Positions 58,581 to 64,000 of a stretch of 64,000 nt of DNA are shown piece after piece. A program made the position numbers and the translations under genes. Each line of letters begins with the position of its first letter. Within the stretch, counting starts at the first letter, position 1. The stretch spans positions 29,326,001 through 29,390,000 of the forward strand of contig OZ024752.1 of the NCBI GenBank assembly GCA_964016885.1, read 5' to 3'. The notes beneath the pieces were generated by a model that was not told where the DNA came from, ran no database searches, and saw nothing but the letters and a program-made list of their open reading frames with translations. The stretch comes from Eledone cirrhosa (lineage: Eukaryota).

Positions 58581-61500
58581 CACTAGAGAGGTAGAGTTTA
58601 TCATGTCACCAGCACTACAGTAGGTAGTTTATAATGTCACCAGCACTACAGTAGGTAGAGTTTATCATGTCACCAGCACTAGAGAGGTTGAGTTCATCAT
58701 GTCACCAGCACTAGAGAGGTAGAGTTTATCATGTGACCAGCACTACACTAGGTAGATTTTATCATGTCACCAGCACTAGAGAGGTAGAGTGTATCATGTC
58801 ACCAGCAGTACAGTAGGTAGTTTATAATGTCACCAGCACTACAGTAAGGTAGTGTTTATCATGTCACCAGCACTAGAGAGGTAGAGTTTATCATGTCACC
58901 AGAACTAGAGAGGTAGAGTTTATCATGTCACCAGCACTACAGTAAGGTAGTGTTTATCATGTCACCAGAACTAGAGAGGTAGAGATTATCATGTCACCAG
59001 CACTACAGTAGGTAGAGTTTATCATTACACCAGCACTAGAGAGGTAGAGATTATCATGTCACCAGCACTACAGTACGTAGAGTTTATAATGTCACCAGCA
59101 CTACAGAGGTAGATTTTATCATGTCACCAGCACTAGAGAGGTAGAGTTAATCAGGTCACCAGCACTAGAGAGGTAGAGTTTATCATGTCACCAACACTAC
59201 AGTAGGTAGTGTTTATCATGACACCAGCACTACAGTAGGTAGTTTATCATGTCACCAGCACTAGAGAGGTAGAGCTTATCATGTCACCAGCACGAGAGAG
59301 GTAGAGTTTATCATGTCACCAGCACTACAGTAGGTAGAGCTTATCATGACACCAGCACTAGAGAGGTCGAGTGTATCATGTCACCAGCACTACAGTAGGT
59401 AGTTTATCATGTCACCAGCACTAGAGGTAGAGTTTATCATGTTACCAGCACTACAGTAGGTAGAGTTTATCATGACACCAGCACTAGAGAGGTAGAGTTT
59501 ATCATGTCACCAGCACTAGAGAGGTAGAGTTTATCATGTTACCAGCACTACAGTAGGTAGAGTTTATCATGACACCAGCACTAGAGAGGTAGAGTTTATC
59601 ATGTAACTAGCACTAGAGAGGTAGAGTTTATCATGTCACCAGCACTACAGTAGGTAGAGTTTATCATGTCACCAGCAGTACAGTAGGTAGAGTTTATCAT
59701 GTCACCAGCACTAGAGAGGTCGAGTGTATCATGTCACCAGCACTACAGTAGGTAGTTTATCATGTTACCAGCACTAGAGGTAGAGTTTATCATGTCAGCA
59801 GCACTAGAGAGGTAGAGTTTATCATGTCACCTGCACTACAGTAGGTAGAGTTTATCATGTCACCAGCACTAGAGAGGTAGAGTTTATCATGTCACCAATA
59901 CTACAGAGGTAGAGTTTATCTTGACACCAGCACTAGAGAGGTAGTGTTTATCATGTCACCAGCACTACAGTAGGTAGTGTTTATCATGTCACCAGCACTA
60001 GAGAGGTAGAGTTTATCATGTCAGCAGCACTAGAGTGGTAGTGTTTATCATGTCACCAGCACTACAGTAGGTAGTGTTTATCATGTCACCAGCACTAGAG
60101 AGGTAGAGTTTATCATGTCACCAGCACTAGAGAGGTAGAATTTATCATGTCACCAGCACTAGAAAGGTAGAGTTTATCATGACACCAGCACAAGAGAGGT
60201 AGAGTGTATCATGACACCACCACTAGAAAGGTAGAGTTTATCATGTCACCAGTACTACAGTAGGTAGTGTTTATCATGTCACCAGCACTAGAGAGGTAGA
60301 GTTTATCATGTCACGAACACTACAGTAGGTAGTGTTTATCATGACACCAGCACTAGAGAGGTAGAGTTTATCATGTCACCAGCAGTAGAGTGGTAGAGTT
60401 TATCATGTCACCAACACTAGAGAGGTAGAGTTTATCATGACACCAGCACTAGAGAGGTAGAGTTTATCATGACACCAGCAGTACAGTAGGTAGAGTTTAT
60501 CATGACACCAGCACTAGAGAGGTAGAGTTTATCATGACACCAGCACTAGTGAGGTAGAGTTTATCATGTCACCAGCACTAGAGAGGTAGAGTTTATCATA
60601 AAACCAGCACTACAGTAGGTAGTGTTTATCATGACACCAGCAGTACAGTAGGTAGAGTTTATCATGTCACCAGCACTAGAGAGGTAGAGTTTATCATGTC
60701 ACCAGCACTCCAGTAGGTAGAGTTTATCATGTCACCAGCACTAGAGAGGTAGAGTTTATCATGACACCAGCAGTACAGTAGGTAGAGTTTATCATGTCAC
60801 CAGCACTAGAGAGGTAGAGTTTATCATGTCACCAGCACTACAGTAGGTAGTGTTTATCATGACACCAGCACTACAGTAGGTAGTTTATCATGTCACCAGC
60901 ACTAGAGAGGTAGAGCTTATCATGTCACCAGCACTACAGTAGGTAGAGTTTATCATGACACCAGCACTAGAGAGGTTGAGTGTATCATGTCAACAGCACT
61001 ACAGAGGTAGTGTTTATCATGACACCAGCACTACAGTAGGTAGAGTTTATCATGTCACCAGCACTAGAGAGGTAGAGTTTATCATGTCGCCAGCACTAGA
61101 GAGGTAGAGTTTATCATGTCACCAGCACTACAGTAGGTAGTTTATAATGTCACCAGCACTACAGTAGGTAGAGTTTATCATGTCACCAGCACTAGAGAGG
61201 TTGAGTTCATCATGTCACCAGCACTAGAGAGGTAGAGTTTATCATGTGACCAGCACTACACTAGGTAGATTTTATCATGTCACCAGCACTAGAGAGGTAG
61301 AGTGTATCATGTCACCAGCAGTACAGTAGGTAGTTTATAATGTCACCAGCACTACAGTAAGGTAGTGTTTATCATGTCACCAGCACTAGAGAGGTAGAGT
61401 TTATCATGTCACCAGAACTAGAGAGGTAGAGTTTATCATGTCACCAGCACTACAGTAAGGTAGTGTTTATCATGTCACCAGAACTAGAGAGGTAGAGATT

Positions 61501-62200
61501 ATCATGTCACCAGCACTACAGTACGTAGAGTTTATCATTACACCAGCACTAGAGAGGTAGAGTTTATCATGTCACCAGCACTAGAGAGGTAGAGATTATC
61601 ATGTCACCAGCACTACAGTACGTAGAGTTTATAATGTCACCAGCACTACAGAGGTAGATTTTATCATGTCACCAGCACTAGAGAGGTAGAGTTAATCATG
61701 TCACCAGCACTAGAGAGGTAGAGTTTATCATGTCACCAACACTACAGTAGGTAGTGTTTATCATGACACCAGCACTACAGTAGGTAGTTTATCATGTCAC
61801 CAGCACTAGAGAGGTAGAGCTTATCATGTCACCAGCACGAGAGAGGTAGAGTTTATCATGTCACCAGCACTACAGTAGGTAGAGCTTATCATGACACCAG
61901 CACTAGAGAGGTCGAGTGTATCATGTCACCAGCACTACAGTAGGTAGTTTATCATGTCACCAGCACTAGAGGTAGAGTTTATCATGTTACCAGCACTACA
62001 GTAGGTAGAGTTTATCATGACACCAGCACTAGAGAGGTAGAGTTTATCATGTCACCAGCACTAGAGAGGTAGAGTTTATCATGTTACCAGCACTACAGTA
62101 GGTAGAGTTTATCATGACACCAGCACTAGAGAGGTAGAGTTTATCATGTAACTAGCACTAGAGAGGTAGAGTTTATCATGTCACCAGCACTACAGTAGGT
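57140..62200 (+). repeat. Tandem duplication, offset 2513 bp then 2545 bp
   Basis: TCACGAACAC at 57798/60311, CATAAAACC at 58084/60597, CACTACACTA at 58741/61254; ATGTAACTAG at 59601/62146 (+2545, one extra 32-bp monomer). Confidence 0.9.
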
Positions 62201-64000
62201 AGAGTTTATCATGTCACCAGCACTAGACAGGTAGAGTTTATCATGTAACCAGCAGTACAGTAGGTAGTTTATAATGTCACCAGCACTAGAGAGGTAGAGC
62301 TTATCATGACACCAGCACTACAGTAGGTAGTGTTTATCATGTCACCAGCACTAGAGAGATAGAGTTTATCATGTCACCAGAACTAGAGAGGTAGAGTTTA
62401 TCATGTCACCAGCACTACAGTAGGTAGTGCTTATCATGTCACCAGCACTAGAGAGATAGAGTTTATCATGTCACCAGAACTAGAGAGGTAGAGTTTATCA
62501 TGTCACCAGCACTACAGTAGGTAGAGTATATCATGACACCACCACTAGAGAGGTAGAGTTTATCATGTCACCAGCACTAGACAGGTAGAGTTTATCATGT
62601 CACCAGCACTACAGTAGGTAGTGCTTATCATGACACCAGCACTACAGTAGGTACAGTTAATCATGTCACCAGCAGTACAGTAGGTAGAGTTTATCATGTC
62701 ACCAGCACTAGAGAGGTAGAGTTTATCATGTAACCAGCACTCCAGTAGGTAGTTTATAATGTCACCAGCACTACAGTAGGTAGTGTTTATCATGTCACCA
62801 GCACTAGAGAGGTAGAGTTTATCATGTCACCAATACTAGAGAGGTAAAGTTTATCATGACACCAGCACTACAGTAGGTAGTGTTTACCATGACACCAGCA
62901 CTAGAGAGGTAGAGTTTATCATGTCACCAGCACTACAGTAGGTAGTGTTTATCATGTCACCAGCACTAGAGAGGTAGAGTTTATCATGTCACCAGCACTA
63001 GAGAGGTAGTGTTTATCATGTTACCAGCACTACAGTAGGTAGTGTTTATCATGACACCAGCACTAGAGAGGTAGAGTTTATCATGTCACTAGCACTAGAG
63101 AGGTAGAGTTTATCATGTCACCAATACTAGAGAGGTAAAGTTTATCATGACACCAGCAATACAGTAGGTGGAGTTTATCATGTCACCAGCACTAACGAGG
63201 TAGAATTTATCATGTCACCACCACTAGAGAGGTAGTGTTTATCATGTCACCAGCACTACAGTAGGTAGTGTTTATCATGACACCAGCACTAGAGAGGTAG
63301 AGTTTATCATGACACCAGCACTAGAGAGGTAGAGTTTATCATGACACCAACAGTACAGTAGGTAGAGTTTATCATGACACCAGCAGTACAGTAGGTAGTG
63401 TTTATCATGTCACCAGCACTAGAGAGGTAGAGTTTATCATGACACCAGCACTACAGTAGGTAGTGTTTATCATGACACCACCACTAGAGAGGTAGAGTGT
63501 ATCATGTCACCAGCACTACAGTAGGTAGTTTATCATGTCACCAGCACTAGAGGTAGAGTTTATCATGTCACCAGCACTAGAGAGGTAGAGTTTATCATGT
63601 CACCAGCACTACAGTAGGTAGAGTTTATCATGACACCACCACTAGAGAGGTAGAGTGTATCATGTCACCAGCACTAGAGAGGTAGAGTTTATCATGTCAC
63701 CAGCACTACAGTAGGTAGTGTTTATCATGTCACCAGCACTAGTGAGGTAGAGTTTATCATGTCACCAGCACTAGAGAGGTAGTGTTTATCATGTCACCAG
63801 CACTACAGTAGGTAGTGTTTATCATGACACCAGCACTAGAGAGGTAGAGTTTATCATGACACCAACAGTACAGTAGGTAGAATTTATCATGACACCAGCA
63901 GTACAGTAGGTAGAGTTTATCATGTCACCAGCACTAGAGAGGTAGAGTTTATCATGACACCAGCACTAGAAAGGTACAGTTTATCATGACACCAACAGTA

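Larger units (their letters stand above)
1..64000 (+). repeat. Satellite DNA tandem array, 32/33-bp monomer (about 2,000 copies), running off both window ends
   Basis: Every line consists of TTTATCATG(T/A)CACCAGCA(C/G)TA followed by either GAGAGGTAG(A/T)G (type A, 32 bp) or CAGTAGGTAG(A/T)G (type B, 33 bp). All copies have the same orientation and there is no spacer or unique DNA. The type A consensus is 14/32 GC and neither consensus contains CpG. Confidence 0.99.
50300..64000 (+). repeat. Long-range block duplication, offset about 9.3-9.5 kb (about 50300-54745 vs 59700-64000)
   Basis: CATAAAACC at 51181/60597, ATGTAACTAG at 52665/62146, identical ORF-track peptides at 53114/62563, CACTAACGAG at 53741/63190 (+9449). 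Confidence 0.88.

Noticed and set aside
49474-62793. ORFs 49474-49671, 53114-53344 and 62563-62793, the last two identical in peptide
   Set aside because: These are chance read-through via compensating 31/32-bp monomers. The identity reflects the 9449-bp block duplication, not protein-level conservation.
1-64000. CRISPR array (constant ~20-bp part plus variable part)
   Set aside because: The variable part is only 10-13 nt and is essentially two alleles, not unique spacers. There is no leader and no cas gene.
1-64000. Telomerase-type telomeric repeat (TAGG/GTAGGTAG resembles TTAGG)
   Set aside because: The unit is 32-33 bp with only weak G/C strand skew, and variants are propagated in kb-sized blocks. 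That indicates recombinational copying rather than templated re-synthesis of a short unit. A subtelomeric location is not excluded.
1-64000. Hidden insertion, transposon remnant, RNA gene or strand inversion inside the array
   Set aside because: Reading through all lines I found no non-monomer segment and no reverse-complement monomer (CTCTACC..GTGCTGGTGACATGATAAA). An insert of only a few bases could have been missed by eye.
1-64000. Information-storing, diversity-generating or synthetic code in the A/B order
   Set aside because: The order is explained by nested duplications plus point mutation. No enzyme gene, template/variable pair or designed framing is present to support a functional code.
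1-64000. Variants are merely sequencing errors
   Set aside because: Most rare variants recur in the same neighbouring context at consistent offsets, which random errors would not do. Singletons could still be errors.

Overview
The whole 64-kb window is one uninterrupted, head-to-tail, single-orientation satellite (tandem repeat) array of roughly 2,000 monomers (64,000 / ~32.3 bp; estimate). Two main monomer types are interspersed: type A, 32 bp, TTTATCATGTCACCAGCACTAGAGAGGTAGAG, and type B, 33 bp, TTTATCATGTCACCAGCACTACAGTAGGTAGAG. There are also recurrent 30-31 bp deletion variants and many point variants. I found no unique sequence, gene, RNA gene, transposon or inversion. The five ORFs supplied are by-products of the 33-bp monomer, which reads MINSTYCSAGD on the minus strand. 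The real structure is in the order of variant monomers. Rare variants reveal many nested, near-identical block duplications (offsets about 129, 192, 837, 1860, 2001, 2500, 2513, 2580, 2996, 3697, 4058-4126 and 9255-9481 bp) and three variant-defined domains (about 1-29.8 kb, 30-36.6 kb and 36.6-64 kb). This looks like a satellite building irregular higher-order repeats. A eukaryotic (peri)centromeric or subtelomeric origin is plausible but is inference only; I do not recognise the family or organism. Offsets were read by eye from marker variants and block edges are approximate.
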